A stretch of 64,000 nt of DNA, taken from Octopus sinensis (lineage: Eukaryota). Both the position numbers and the translations under genes were made by a program. The notes below the pieces were generated by a model that was not told the DNA's origin, did not search any database, and was given only the letters and a program-made list of their open reading frames with translations. Each line of letters begins with the position of its first letter. Position 1 is the first letter of the stretch. This document shows, one piece after another, positions 14,251-26,350 of this stretch. The stretch lies in NCBI RefSeq assembly GCF_006345805.1, contig NC_043002.1, forward strand, positions 111,290,001 to 111,354,000. Reading direction: 5' to 3'.

Positions 14251-14874
14251 ATATGCATATGCCTTCTGAAAAAGGCACAAAGTTACAACGTACCATTTCT
14301 ATGCTTGCAGCTTCATAACTTTCTGCTATGATTAGTACTATATTTGAATTTGAACAACTAATTTAAAATGAATTGTTTCATAGAAATTATTCTAAAGATG
14401 TTCCTGTTTGAGAGTTGACTATTTTGTGAGAAAAGAACTACAAGTTGCAGGAAAATTTTAATTCTTAAGCAACAACTGATTTTACTAACAGCAGTCTTTA
14501 AATGTAGGTGCTGTCTTGAATACTTTAATACTTATGTTTTATATCTTATTTAAGTCTGATTTACTGCTGTTGCAATCCTGTGTAACATTTTTCATTTATA
14601 TGCATAGAAAATATCAGCTAATCGAGTGAGACTTGTGGTTTACAACTAGCTCAAAGGTTGGTTGGTTGTTATTACTGCCTTGTATCTTGGCAAAAATACT
14701 TAACTCAGTTTTAAATAGTGGCCCATATCTAGTTTGTGGAAGATTTCCTTGTTGCAATGACATTTGCTGCAGGTGGAAATACTTTGGCATTTGGATTACT
14801 TGAGTGTTTACATCTACAACAAGGAAATGAGAACATAGACCCAAACTCTGAGTGCTAATTCAACAAACCAGAGT

Positions 14875-15087
14875 GGCGCAGGAGTGACTGTGTGGTAAGT
14901 AGCTTACTAACCAACCACATGGTTCCGGGTTCAGTCCCACTGCGTGGCATCTTGGGCAAGATATATATATCAGTGGCGTGCGGTGACTTCCGGGGCTGGG
15001 CATGCAATGAATTTCTTTGCAGTAGGACTGAACCCAGAACCATGTGGTTGGTTAGCAAGCTACTTACCACACAGCCACTCCTGCGCC
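14875..15087. mobile_element. Two SINE A heads in inverted orientation
   Basis: Arms about 14875-14938 (+) and 15025-15087 (-). Confidence 0.85.
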
Positions 15088-15517
15088 TATGGTTGTGATT
15101 TCTAACAAAAATTAAAATGAAAGTCATTATGAAATTTCTATTTGTGTTGCAAGTGCTAAGATTTAATCATTTGTTTTACCACCTTGTTAACCAGGGCTTT
15201 ACTGATAATGTTTGTTTGGTAAGTTGCTTTATTTTTGGATAACAGCTGTTCTCATGATGAAACTATACTTTCATTATTTCTGCTACTACTACTACTACTG
15301 GGTTTTTTTTTTTCTAATAATCACTAAAAAAAAAAAAAAGCACTTTCCTTGTTGAAACTAAATTATTGAAACTCATTTTTCACCTTGGTGGAGTTTTCAG
15401 TTCAATGTTTTTGATATTGATATCTATATTTTACTGTTCTTCACAGTTGAAGAACAGGTTGCTGAACATGTCAAATTGTGTGATGATGGAGATGGTGAAA
15501 CTGATGTAAAATGTAGT

Positions 15518-15998
15518 ATGAACATCGAAATAAATATCAATGGAAATAGTAGTTGTGATACCTGTGCCGGTGGCACATAAAAAGCACCATCCGTATGTGG
15601 CCGTTGCCAGCGCCGCCTCGACTGGCTTCTGTGCCGGTGGCACATAAAAAGCACCATCCGAACGTGGCCGATGCCAATGCCACCCCGACTGGCTTCTGTG
15701 CCGGTGGCACATAAAAAGCACCATCCGAACGTGGCCGATGCCAGCGCCGCCTTGGCTGGCTTCCGTGCCGGTGGCACGTTAAAAGCTCCAACCGATCGTG
15801 GCTGATGCCAAACCCCCCTGGCACCTGTGCAGGTGGCACGTAAAAAGCACCCACTACACTCGCGGAGTGGTTGGCGTTAGGAAGGGCATCCAGCTGTAGA
15901 AAGTCTGCCAGATCAGACTGGAGCCTGGTGCAGACCTCGGTCGAACCGTCCAACCCGTGCTAGCACAGAAAACGGACGTTAAACTATGATGATGATGA
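15518..15998 (+). mobile_element. Family B with 5 palindromic modules (67,67,67,62 bp spacing)
   Basis: GTGCCGGTGGCAC cores at 15564, 15631, 15698, 15765 and a variant at 15827. Confidence 0.9.
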
Positions 15999-16099
15999 AG
16001 GGGAAAACACTATTTCAGTGAGTGTACAAAATCTGGTCCATGAACACACTGAATATCAACATCAAGGTCTACTAATACAATATCATAGTACTATCAACA

Positions 16100-16480
16100 A
16101 CACTATATACACATGAAACTGTGACAATCACCAAAATACTGGATGACTTTCATTGAAGGGACTTGAGGAAAACACCAAAGACCTGTCAAGCAGAGCGTCA
16201 TCATGAAGGCTCAATGTATGATAACAGCACCAAGAATGCAATAGGGTGGTCACACCCTACAGCAGCCAGATCATCAATATGTAAGATGATCATTAAGATA
16301 GACACTAAAAGGATGAAGAAGATTACAGGCTTGCATGGCATCAGACTTTTCAGAAGTTCCTGAAGGCTGTTAAAAAGAACATTGGGAAAACAAAGGACAA
16401 CATGTAACCAATCAAGAACATAGCATTGGAGAACTGCTGCCGACTGTGCAAGTATGCGCAGAATAAACTGACTGACTGAC
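16100..16480 (+). mobile_element. Very degenerate RTE-like 3' end with (CTGA)n tail
   Basis: HWRTAADCASMRRIN* followed by CTGACTGACTGAC. Confidence 0.4.
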
Positions 16481-16575
16481 TTTTTGACATATATTTTACT
16501 GTTCTTGTCAGATATATGTATTTCACTGATTTTTACAAATAAAATAGAAAATTTACATATCAACATTATACATAT

Positions 16576-16978
16576 AGGCGCAGGAGTGGCTGTGTGGTAA
16601 GTAGCTTGCTAACCAACCACATGGCTCCGGGTTCAGTCCCACTGCGTGACATCTTGGGCAAGTGTCTTCTGCTATAGCCCCGGGCCGACCAATGCCTTGT
16701 GAGTGGATTTGGTAGACGGAAACTGAAAGAAGCCTGTCGTATATATGTATATATATGTATGTGTGTGTTTGCGTGTCTGTGTTTGTCCCCCTAGCATTGC
16801 TTGACAACCGATGCTGGTGTGTTTACGTCCCCGTCACATAGCGGTTCGGCAAAAGAGACCGATAGAATAAGTACTGGGCTTACAAAGAATAAGTCCCGGG
16901 GTCGATTTGCTCGACTAAAAGGCAGTGCTCCAGCATGGCCGCAGTCAAATGACTGAAACAAGTAAAAGAGTGAAAAGA
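16576..16978 (+). mobile_element. SINE family A, full length
   Basis: Complete head, TA core and tail. Confidence 0.9.
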
Positions 16979-17000
16979 GAGATATATATATATATATATA

Positions 17001-17901
17001 CGAGGGGAAATCAAAAATTATCCGCACTTTCGCCACAACATGTCTTTCTTATACTTACACTGCCTCCTGCACATGCTTGCTTATAGTTGGTGCCATCATA
17101 GTCACGTAATCAAAGTTTGAGCCTAATTGCTCTATTTTTCTTCCTGGCTGCTCCACTAGCAATGTGCATCAAAGAAGAGCAAAGCAGTGATCTGAGAGGT
17201 GGTAATGATGAAGCAACTCACCATCACCATCTCTCCAGCTTGCTGAATCTTCTCATCAGTGGTGGAGGTTGTCAGGCCTCCTACTCCCTCTTCATGCATC
17301 ACTCTTGTCTGGCCTCTTTTAAACTTCTACGCAGTCCCTGTATTGTACTAAAAGCCTCCAATTAATTTCGGCCCCTGACACAGCTTCTGCTCTTTCTTCT
17401 TTGAACCAATCCTATGACTGGCACCCGGCAGAAGCCAGGACCCCTGGACTGGAGGTACGTAAAAAGCACTATCCGAATCGTGGCCGATGGCACGTAAAAA
17501 GCACCAATCCGACCGTGGCCGATGCCAGCCTCGCCTGGCACCAGTGCAGGTGGCATGTAAAAAGCACCCACTACACTCACGGAGTGGTTGGCGTTAGGAA
17601 GGGCATCCAGCTGTAGAAACATTGCCAGATAAGACTGGAGCCTGGTGCAGCCTTCTGGCTTCCCAGATCCCCGGTCGAACCGTCCAACCCATGCTAGCAT
17701 GGAGAAAGGACGTTAAACGATGATGATGATGCTAGTGGAGCCATGCTTACACTGTAGAGCCAGAAACAAAAATAGCACAATTAGGCTCAAACCACAATAT
17801 GACCAATAGTACCAACTATAAGCACGCATGTGCAGAAAGCTATATTACAATAATAAAGATATGTTATGGCAAAAGTGCAGATAATTTTTGACTTCCCCTC
17901 A
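17001..17901. mobile_element. Mariner-derived foldback element, TA-flanked
   Basis: TIRs CGAGGGGAAATCAAAAATTATCCGCACTTT / AAAGTGCAGATAATTTTTGACTTCCCCTCA; minus strand carries transposase HTH remnants (GAEINWRL...KFKRGQTRV...TSTTDEKI). Confidence 0.85.
17400..17731 (+). mobile_element. Family B inserted in a mariner derivative
   Basis: B 3' end and (GAT)n tail; interrupts the inverted arms of 17001-17901. Confidence 0.85.
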
Positions 17902-18177
17902 TATATATATATATATAGACACATTTGCATGTTGTTGCTTTTTCTTCTTTTTAACTTTAAACTTAAAATTATTAATTTTTAATTACATTTTTAATCTTTT
18001 AATTAATATCATTTTGATTCTAATTATTTAACAAAATAAATATTTTTTTTCATTTTTGATTCAGTAAGAATTATTGCTGCCATTGCTTTGTTTATTGTTT
18101 ACCATAATACAGTATATATTATTATCATCATTATTGTTAACATTATTAGTATTATTGTCATCATTAGTATTATTATC

Positions 18178-18395
18178 AAGGTAGAGAGCTGGCAGAATCG
18201 TTAGCAGGTGAAATGCTTAGCAGTATTTTGTCTGCCGCTATATTCTCAATTCAAATTCCGCCAAGGTCAACTTTGCCTTTTATCCTTTCGGGGTCAGTAA
18301 ATAAAGTACCAGTTGAACACTGGAGTTGATGTAATCAAAACATCCCCTCCCCCAAAATTGCTGCCATTGTGGCAAAATTTGAAACCATTATTATT
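18178..18395 (+). mobile_element. SINE family E (GCCTTTCATCCTTTCGGGGTCGATAAA-type core, Meta-like)
   Basis: tRNA-type B box GTTCAAATTCC, conserved core, (ATT)n tail. The domain name is from memory. Confidence 0.7.
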
Positions 18396-18419
18396 ACTTT
18401 TTTTATTATTATTATTATT

Positions 18420-18960
18420 GAGTGAGAGAGCAGTTCATGCTATCAAAGTGACACTGGGATAAAATATACGAAGCCCAGTATACCCATCATGACTACCCGT
18501 CTGATAAGGGTACACTAGGCACATGCATCACAACCATATGTGCGCAACATGGTAATCTCATATCAAAATAAACAGCACATGACCTTGCAGAAATTTCTTC
18601 AGGTCGAGTAACCCATCCCACTCGAAAGGTCCCTGAATAAGGGTTGTTTAAGGATGTTGAACGAAACACCCATGTTTCCAGAGGTGAATTATTCAAACTC
18701 CAAAGAATCCCTCTCAACACATGGCTATGATGCTCCCCCCACTACTTCTGCTCGTGGTCAGAGATGCACATATTGTCAGCCACTAAGGGACATGCTCAAC
18801 TGGTTACGGTCAAACAACTGACAAGCAAATCTGTGGTATTGAGCAGAATATTTGCTGTAGCCCATCTTTTATACCAAGACAAAACAATGTACATGATGAC
18901 ACTTCCAATCAGTTAAGATCAGAAGCCATGAGAGCCACTGCCTGGTACTGCATCAGGGCA
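18420..18960 (-). repeat. Unclassified interspersed-repeat-like segment between (TAT)n tracts
   Basis: GC-richer block bounded by ATT microsatellites; single copy in this window. Confidence 0.35.
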
Positions 18961-19250
18961 TTATTATAATTATTATTATTATTATCTTCAGTGTTATGTA
19001 AACATGGTACAACCAAACAAGAGTATACCTTTAACGTTGAGTCACATTCTCCATGCAATCATTCAATTGGGCTTGGAATACACCATTTTCTGTTTTTCTT
19101 TCCTACCTGGGAACTTTGTTTCTTGTTAACTTGTAATGTTTTTCCCTTTTTTATATAGTGTTGTAGTTCTTATTGTTAAAAAGAATGTGGCCCTTTGTTA
19201 ATGTACATTGAAGATAGCTGCAGCCAACTGCAACTTCATCTGCTCCACTT

Positions 19251-19638
19251 CATCATCATCATCATCGTTTAACGTCCGTTCTCCATGCTAGCATGGGTTG
19301 GACGGTTCGACCGGGGATCTTGGAAGCCAGAAGGCTGCACCAGGCTCCAGTTTTATCTGGCAGTGTTTCTACGGCTGGATGCCCTTCCTAACGCCAACCA
19401 CTCCGTGAGTGTAGTGGGTGCTTTTTACGTGCCACCTGCACTGGTGCCAGGCGAGGCTGGCATCAGCCACGGTCGGATTGGTGCATTTTACGTGCCACCT
19501 GCACGAAAGGCAGTCGAGGCGGCACTGGCTTCGGCCATGATTCGGATGGTGCTTTTTACGTGCCACCGACACGGGAGCCAGTCGAGGCGGCACTGGCTTC
19601 GGCCACAATTCGGATGGTGCTTTTTACGGCGCTGGCAT
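19251..19638 (-). mobile_element. Family B with modules
   Basis: (CAT)n start; reverse complement of the B tail. Confidence 0.9.
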
Positions 19639-20146
19639 TTCATAGATGTAATAACATGTAATAAATTCCAACAGTGACTCTTACATGTGTTGCATTAGAC
19701 GGCTGGGGTACTGAAGCATTTGTATATCATAATGTGGCTATTGTTCAACGTACTGTACATTGTAGTAGCTTGTCTCTGTTTCATCATCCTTTGTACTCAT
19801 TGATTATTTCAACTTTGTTTCATCTGTAACCTTTTAATCTCATGGAGAGTGTACTTTTATTGTTTAAATATTGTTTGTTGCATATGTTTATGAAATTAAG
19901 ACATTAGATGAATCTGTGCACACACCTGTGTGTGTGTATAGAAAATATGTCATCAGTGATATTTCCAATCTATAATTCTTCAAGCATAATTTCTCATATA
20001 TATGCACACATACAAACACATCTACACAGACAGGTTGTCCAAGCTAAATTTGACACTTTGTATAAAAGGGAAAGAAAACATAACATCCCATCCATAAATT
20101 AATGTATTTCAAAATATCAACTAGATTATGGCTGGGCGATAAAAGT

Positions 20147-20700
20147 TTACTCAAAATAGCTGCCCTTAGCTTCCACCATAGCCTCATAACAACTCCAGAA
20201 CCTGGTACATGTGTTCCTCATTGTGTCTTGGGGAGATCTTTAACCCTGGAGCATTCAGATTACTCTGTCAAATGTAAAGCCTGTTTAATTACATTGTTTT
20301 AAATTAATTGTACAGCATCTTGTAACTCTGAGATTTTGATGATGTCCCTGTTTATTTTTAGAATGACTTTGTAGGGTAGGTGTGAGAGGTCAGAGATGGC
20401 TGGTTTGAGCATAAAACAGGAAGACAATTTTGGCCTGATAGGGCCGGTTTAAACACTAAAGGGTTAAACATCTCCTCAGCCAGAAATTGGAGCTGAAGTC
20501 AGAATTTCTCTTCTGGCTCTTTCTATACATATGGCAAACAGCTGGATCCTGCTGACACACCTGTGGCCTTCCATCAGCAACTGATTCTAACCAGGAATTG
20601 ACCACAGCCCCCAGTAGTTTCATATAGCCGTCTGAATTGAGCTGGAGGCCCTGTTCATCAGTTGTGGGATGAACTTAAGCATGTAGATGTAGTGGGAACA
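20147..20700 (-). pseudogene. Tc1/mariner (maT/DD37D-like) transposase C-terminal relic, interrupted by a MITE
   Basis: LQLNSDGYMKLL...WLESVADGRPQVCQQDPAVCH...RKSQK and CTRFWSCYEAMVEAKGSYFE* on the minus strand. Confidence 0.75.
20244..20463. mobile_element. piggyBac-type MITE
   Basis: TTAA|CCCT...AGGG|TTAA, 220 bp; a degenerate relative lies at about 31073-31295. Confidence 0.8.
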
Positions 20701-20809
20701 TATGCTGTGTCCCTGTCTGTATCCCTACAGCTCCCTAATCTCTGCTGCAGCTGCCCCTGTCAAATCTTACAGCCTTTATAGTGTTCATGGAGTATTATTC
20801 ATGATGTTA

Positions 20810-21059
20810 GGGGGGGGGGGTAATTTGTTTAACTAAAAGGTGGTGCTCCAGCATTGCTGCAGTCAAATGGCTGGAACAGTGATACAGATATAGGCACAGG
20901 AGTGGCTGTGTGGTAAGTAGCTTGCTAACCAACCACATGGTCCCGGGTTCAGTCCCACTGCGTGGCATCTTGGGTAAGTGTCTTCTGCTATAGCCCCGGG
21001 CCAACCAATGCCTTGTGAGTGGATTTGGTAGACCGAAACTGAAAGAAGCCTGTCGTATT

Positions 21060-21105
<46 letters not shown>

Positions 21106-21330
21106 ATATGTGTGTGTGTGTGTTTGTCCTCCCACCAACATTGCTTGACAACCAATGCTGCTGTGTTTACGTCCCCGTTACTTAGCGGTTCGGCAAAAAG
21201 AGACCGATAGAATAAGTACTGGTCTTACAAAGAATAAGTCCCGGGGTCGAGTTGCTTGACTAAAGGCGGTGCTCCAGCATGGCCGCAGTCAAATGACTGA
21301 AACAAGTAACAAAAAAAAAAAAAAAAGAAA
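20810..21330 (+). mobile_element. SINE A tail relic (about 20810-20885) followed by a full-length SINE A (20891-21330)
   Basis: Sequence identity to the other A copies. Confidence 0.85.
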
Positions 21331-21377
21331 ATATAAGAGATAGGTTTTGTCATGTTTTGTATTAGAAAATAATCTAC

Positions 21378-21590
21378 AGATGTGGTCCATCATGCTCGGA
21401 ATGGTCCAGTGGCAAGAGAGGAAGAGGCCGACCAAGAACCCGCTGGCTTGACACCATCAAGAGTGATACCAGAATGGACATAGCCAATCTGAAGGAAGCG
21501 GCCCAGGATAGAACTGACTGGAGGACACTGATCCAACGAGTAACCAAGAGTCGACTTGGACTGAGCGGATAGATAGATAGATAGAGATAG
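21378..21590 (+). mobile_element. RTE (BovB-like) LINE 3' end with (GATA)n tail; duplicated at about 22274-22486
   Basis: + frame reads GKRGRGRPRTRWLDTIK...EAAQDRTDWR...VTKSRLGLSG*. Confidence 0.85.
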
Positions 21591-21644
21591 TGGTCCAATT
21601 TGCTTTCTCCATTTTCTGATTATTTAAATCATATATGATTATAT

Positions 21645-21950
21645 CACCATTACCATCACGTGACCAACCAGTCCATCAGATGTAGTTACACATCGCTGGT
21701 CACAATGCGTTCGCATTGTTTTAGCCTTCGAATGACGCCACCCCGCTGGCTAAGCGAGCAGGCCAAGAAAGAATGGGAGAAAGAGTGGTGAAAGAGTACA
21801 GCAGGGATCACCACCCCCTGCCGGAGCCTCGTGGAGCTTTTTTAGGTGTTTTCGCTCAATAAACACTCACAACGCCCGGTCTGGGAATCAAAGCCGCGAT
21901 CCTGCGACCGCGAGTCCGCTGCCCTAACCACTGAGCCATTGCGCCTCCAC
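21645..21950 (-). mobile_element. tRNA-derived SINE family D1 (possibly octopus OR-type)
   Basis: A/B boxes in the head; ATATGATTATAT on both flanks as the TSD. The OR name is recalled, not verified. Confidence 0.85.
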
Positions 21951-21957
21951 ATATGAT

Positions 21958-22000
<43 letters not shown>

Positions 22001-22540
22001 ATATGTGTGTGTGTGTGTTTGTCCTCCCACCAACATTGCTTGACAACCAATGCTGCTGTGTTTACGTCCCCGTTACTTAGCGGTTCGGCAAAAAGAGACC
22101 GATAGAATAAGTACTGGTCTTACAAAGAATAAGTCCCGGGGTCGAGTTGCTTGACTAAAGGCGGTGCTCCAGCATGGCCGCAGTCAAATGACTGAAACAA
22201 GTAACAAAAAAAAAAAAAAAAAGAAAATATAAGAGATAGGTTTTGTCATGTTTTGTATTAGAAAATAATCTACAGATGTGGTCCATCATGCTCGGAATGG
22301 TCCAGTGGCAAGAGAGGAAGAGGCCGACCAAGAACCCGCTGGCTTGACACCATCAAGAGTGATACCAGAATGGACATAGCCAATCTGAAGGAAGCGGCCC
22401 AGGATAGAACTGACTGGAGGACACTGATCCAACGAGTAACCAAGAGTCGACTTGGACTGAGCGGATAGATAGATAGATAGAGATAGTGGTCCAATTTGCT
22501 TTCTCCATTTTCTGATTATTTAAATCATATATGATTATAT

Positions 22541-22845
22541 CACATTACCATCACGTGACCAACCAGTCCATCAGATGTAGTTACACATCGCTGGTCACAA
22601 TGCGTTCGCATTGTTTTAGCCTTCGAATGACGCCACCCCGCTGGCTAAGCGAGCAGGCCAAGAAAGAATGGGAGAAAGAGTGGTGAAAGAGTACAGCAGG
22701 GATCACCACCCCCTGCCGGAGCCTCGTGGAGCTTTTTTAGGTGTTTTCGCTCAATAAACACTCACAACGCCCGGTCTGGGAATCAAAGCCGCGATCCTGC
22801 GACCGCGAGTCCGCTGCCCTAACCACTGAGCCATTGCGCCTCCAC
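22541..22845 (-). mobile_element. SINE D1 (copy inside the tandem duplication)
   Basis: Near-identical to 21645-21950. Confidence 0.85.
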
Positions 22846-23050
22846 ATATGATTATATATTATATATATATATAAAGGATAGATTAAATATAGAGATATTC
22901 TATTGATATTCAATAATTTATTTATATTACAATATTACATTAGATACTGTGAATATAATATATAACATAAAACATAACATTTTATATAAATAATTAAAAA
23001 AACGGTAAAAGTGCAACAAATTGTTTTGGCTTATATATATATGTGTGTGT

Positions 23051-23274
23051 GAGCTGGCAGAAACGTTAGCACACCGGGCGAAATGCATAGCCGTATTTTG
23101 TCTGCCGTTACGTTGTGAGTTCAAATTCCGCCGAGGTCGACTTTGCCTTTCATCCTTTCGGGGTCGATAAATAAAGTACCAGTTACGCACTGGGGTCGAT
23201 GTAATCAACTTAATCCCTTTGTCTGTCCTTGTTTGTCCCCTCTATGTTTAGCCCCTTGTGGGCAGTAAAGAAAT
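23051..23274 (+). mobile_element. SINE family E
   Basis: GAGTTCAAATTCC...GCCTTTCATCCTTTCGGGGTCGATAAATAAAGTACC. Confidence 0.8.
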
Positions 23275-23399
23275 ATATATATATGTGTGTGTGTGTGTGT
23301 GTTTTCTGATATACATAATCACAGTTCAATTTTTTATATAAGCCACTTCAGGGTAAATCAGTTCAGGAAGATGAAATTCTGCCTGTAAAGGACGGCTAG

Positions 23400-24394
23400 A
23401 TTGTAAAAATTAATTCAAATGCCTGTGTTATGAGTGCTTTTTTTTCAGCTAGTGTACCTGTTGCGTTATATTCTACTTTACATACGTGGCCTCGAGGCCA
23501 TCCTGTGTCTGTTGACTGGTGTTCTTGTGCAATGGGTGGGCAAAGTTCTTTGTTTGTGCCTGGTGTAGCCAGGTCAGCTGCTGCCTTGCGCATAACCTCT
23601 GAAGAGTACACTTCTTTTGTATATTTTTCTTTGGAGACAATTGGTATCTTTTCTCAGGGAAGTTTTTTTCCTTAAGGCCTCTAGTTTTGGCGGGATCTCA
23701 AGTGAGCAAACCGGCAGTTTTCGCCATCTTCCTCATGCCATCATTTGCCTTGCAGGTAAAATTTGGAGGTCCTTGAGTGCCCTTCAAATTTCTTCTCTCC
23801 ACTATTGTTTTGGATTGCATTGGATCCTCCATGGGGCTTTCTGTTTTTTGTTTGGTGGGTTGGGGTTTCGGTTTTGGTTATTTCATTTTTGCCTTTTCCT
23901 TTTTCCCCCCCTTTCTGTTTTTTTATGTTTTTGTTCATGTTCTGTCCTTCCTTTTGTGGTGGGAATTTCTTTCCTCTGTCCAATGGAGTGAGGATTCCAT
24001 TCTTTTGTAGGACCACTGGCATAGAGGGGCTTCTGGTTGCTGCTTCCTTGGATCCCCTATCCTTTTCTACCTGGTTGTTCACAGGGGTGGGGGATGTATT
24101 CTTTTGAGGAACCACTGAATCAAAGAGACTTCTGGGTTTTGTTTCCTTTTCTTTATCCTTATCAACCTTGCCGCAATAGTTTTCCATTATCACATCCAGG
24201 GTGTCAATGTGTGATCTGATAAGCATAGAGGATTAGATGAATTCATTTTTCTTCCACTCTATCTGATCAATGGTTCTACAACAGCCATTGTTTTTCAGTG
24301 CAGCAGTGATGATGTTGTTTGGCAGATCGCTGCTAGCAATCATCCATGCTTGCAACAGAAGATTCAATGCTTTCTTCTCCCACTTTGGTGCCAT
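23400..24394 (-). pseudogene. Decayed ORF: Myb/SANT-like N-terminus, Lys-rich linker and CCCH-like finger (probable TE ORF1)
   Basis: ATG at 24394 is in frame with ORF 23741..24226 across one TAA; WEKKALNLLLQAW...RTIDQIEWK; KFYLQGK*WHEEDGENCRFAH. Confidence 0.5.
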
Positions 24395-24404
24395 CTTTGT
24401 TTTT

Positions 24405-24790
24405 TATGCCCAGAGGTAGAGAATAGAGAGGAAGAGATAGAGAGAAAAGAAGAAACGGGGGGGGGATAGGGAAAGAGAAAGGGATGTATGAAGGTAAGAG
24501 AGAAGTGATATGAAGGAAAGAGAAAGAGAGGTAGAGACAGTGAGGGAGAGGAGGGGAAGAGAAAGGGAGACAGAGTGAGGGTAAGATAGGAAAGGATGAA
24601 GGATATGAGGGAAAGGGAGAAACAGAATGAGAAGAGGGGGGAAAATGAGAAGTATATGAGGGAGAAGGTGAGGTAACAGGAGGAGAGGTAGATGTTGAGA
24701 GAGAGAAAGGAAGGGAAAGAGAAGTGAGTAGAGGAGGAACATATGAAAGGGAGGAAGAAAGATATGGAGTCTGCTGGAAAGGGCATTAGT
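24405..24790. repeat. GA-rich low-complexity tract
   Basis: Direct reading. Confidence 0.8.
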
Positions 24791-25617
24791 GAGTCGAGAG
24801 AATCACAGTGGTTATAGTTATAAAACTTGTCAAGATTATTTTGAAGCAGTATAAAGTAACTGGCTAAAATGAGGTTTGGTAAAGGAAGATCTTAAAACAG
24901 ATGTTAATTACCAGTTAAGGGGGCAACCAATGATGAAAATACAGGGGAAATATTTATCAAGGGGTTCTATAGTTGAATGATTTAAACAATATATTTATAG
25001 TGTATAAAGACAGAATTTAGGGTTATCAAGAAAAAATATCAAGAAAATATTATAACCAAAAAGGATAAATTTTTGAATAATTTTGAGTATATGCCAAAAT
25101 TTACAACAATAGAGAGATATAAAAAAAAATTACATAGAATTAGTTTAATATTTATTCATTATACTTAAATATTTACTTATTAGGTGGTATCTATGAAGAA
25201 TTGATCGCTGGCATTTAATAAAAGTATACCAGGGCAATAGAACATGCTAACTATATAATAATTATAATCTATGAGGTATATTATAAGTTGTGAAATTACC
25301 GGTGCTGTTATATATAAGCTAATATAAATTTCTAGGGGTACTAAATTAGGAGGTTTACTTACATATAAGCTATAATAAAAATAATAATATGATTAGTAGG
25401 GTAGAATGCCATAGAAAGTAATATATGGTTTAATCACTAAAAATCAAGATGAAGTATATATACCTTATTATCATCAAAAGAGAAGAGAAGATTGTATAGC
25501 ATTTGCTTAATAATTCAATCATTTAAACTAAAATTATTTATTAGGTAGTATATATAAAGACTGATACCTGGTATTTACTAGAGCAATATTGAGGCTATGG
25601 AACATGTCAACTATATA

Positions 25618-26011
25618 TCTTTATATATAAAAGTGAGGTTGTGTGCTGTCTGTCTCCTACGATTTAGATTCCTAGCTACTCCCACATTTTGCGGTGCAGT
25701 TTAACCAAAACCGGGTATCTTATAGTCGTGATTCATATCGAGCCCTTCTGGGTATTAGCACACGTCTATGATGAGTCTACGATTTAAAAAAAAATTTACC
25801 ATCAATTTTTCCCATTTTTAATGCATTTTTGGCATATATAAGGAAGTAACTCTCTAAAATTTTATCAAATCTCAGAACGTAAAAAGCTACAGTAACATCC
25901 CCCCCCTTTGTGGTTAGCCATATTGAGATGGCTATTATACTTTACATCTCTAAAAATGCTTATATAGTTATTTCCCTTACAAACCCAAGCAACGCCAGGC
26001 GATACTGCTAG
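25618..26011 (+). mobile_element. Non-autonomous Helitron
   Basis: 5' TC after A, subterminal GCAACGCC hairpin region, 3' CTAG before T, no TSD. Confidence 0.8.
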
Positions 26012-26350
26012 TTAATTATAAGCTGAGAGGTATAAGTTTTAAAAGTTCCCACTGTTAATACATACTTGATGATATAGTTTCTTAGGGGTACTTAATTAGG
26101 AGGGCTACTTACATAAAAGCCTTTATAAAAATAATATGTTCAGGAGTGTGAGACACTGTACAAAGGGATAAATAGAATTACTAGAACCATGGTGAAGTTT
26201 GACTAATTAGGCAGGAATATTCATAGTATAGTATACTAACTCCATGTATCACATTAACTTACTATACTATATAGCTTATATTATATGCAAAGTACTTTAA
26301 TTCTCATGTAACTGAATATCACCTGATTTATATACATACATACATATATA

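Larger units (their letters stand above)
21070..22862 (+). repeat. Tandem duplication, unit about 896 bp
   Basis: Identical ORFs at 21374 and 22270; junctions lie in (TA)n. Confidence 0.9.

Noticed and set aside
15560-15850. Twister or HDV-like ribozyme in the B module (UGCCGGU...GUAAA; CCAGCCUCGCCUGGC)
   Set aside because: Only partial motif resemblance; I could not build P1/P4/J4-2 or the twister pseudoknots.
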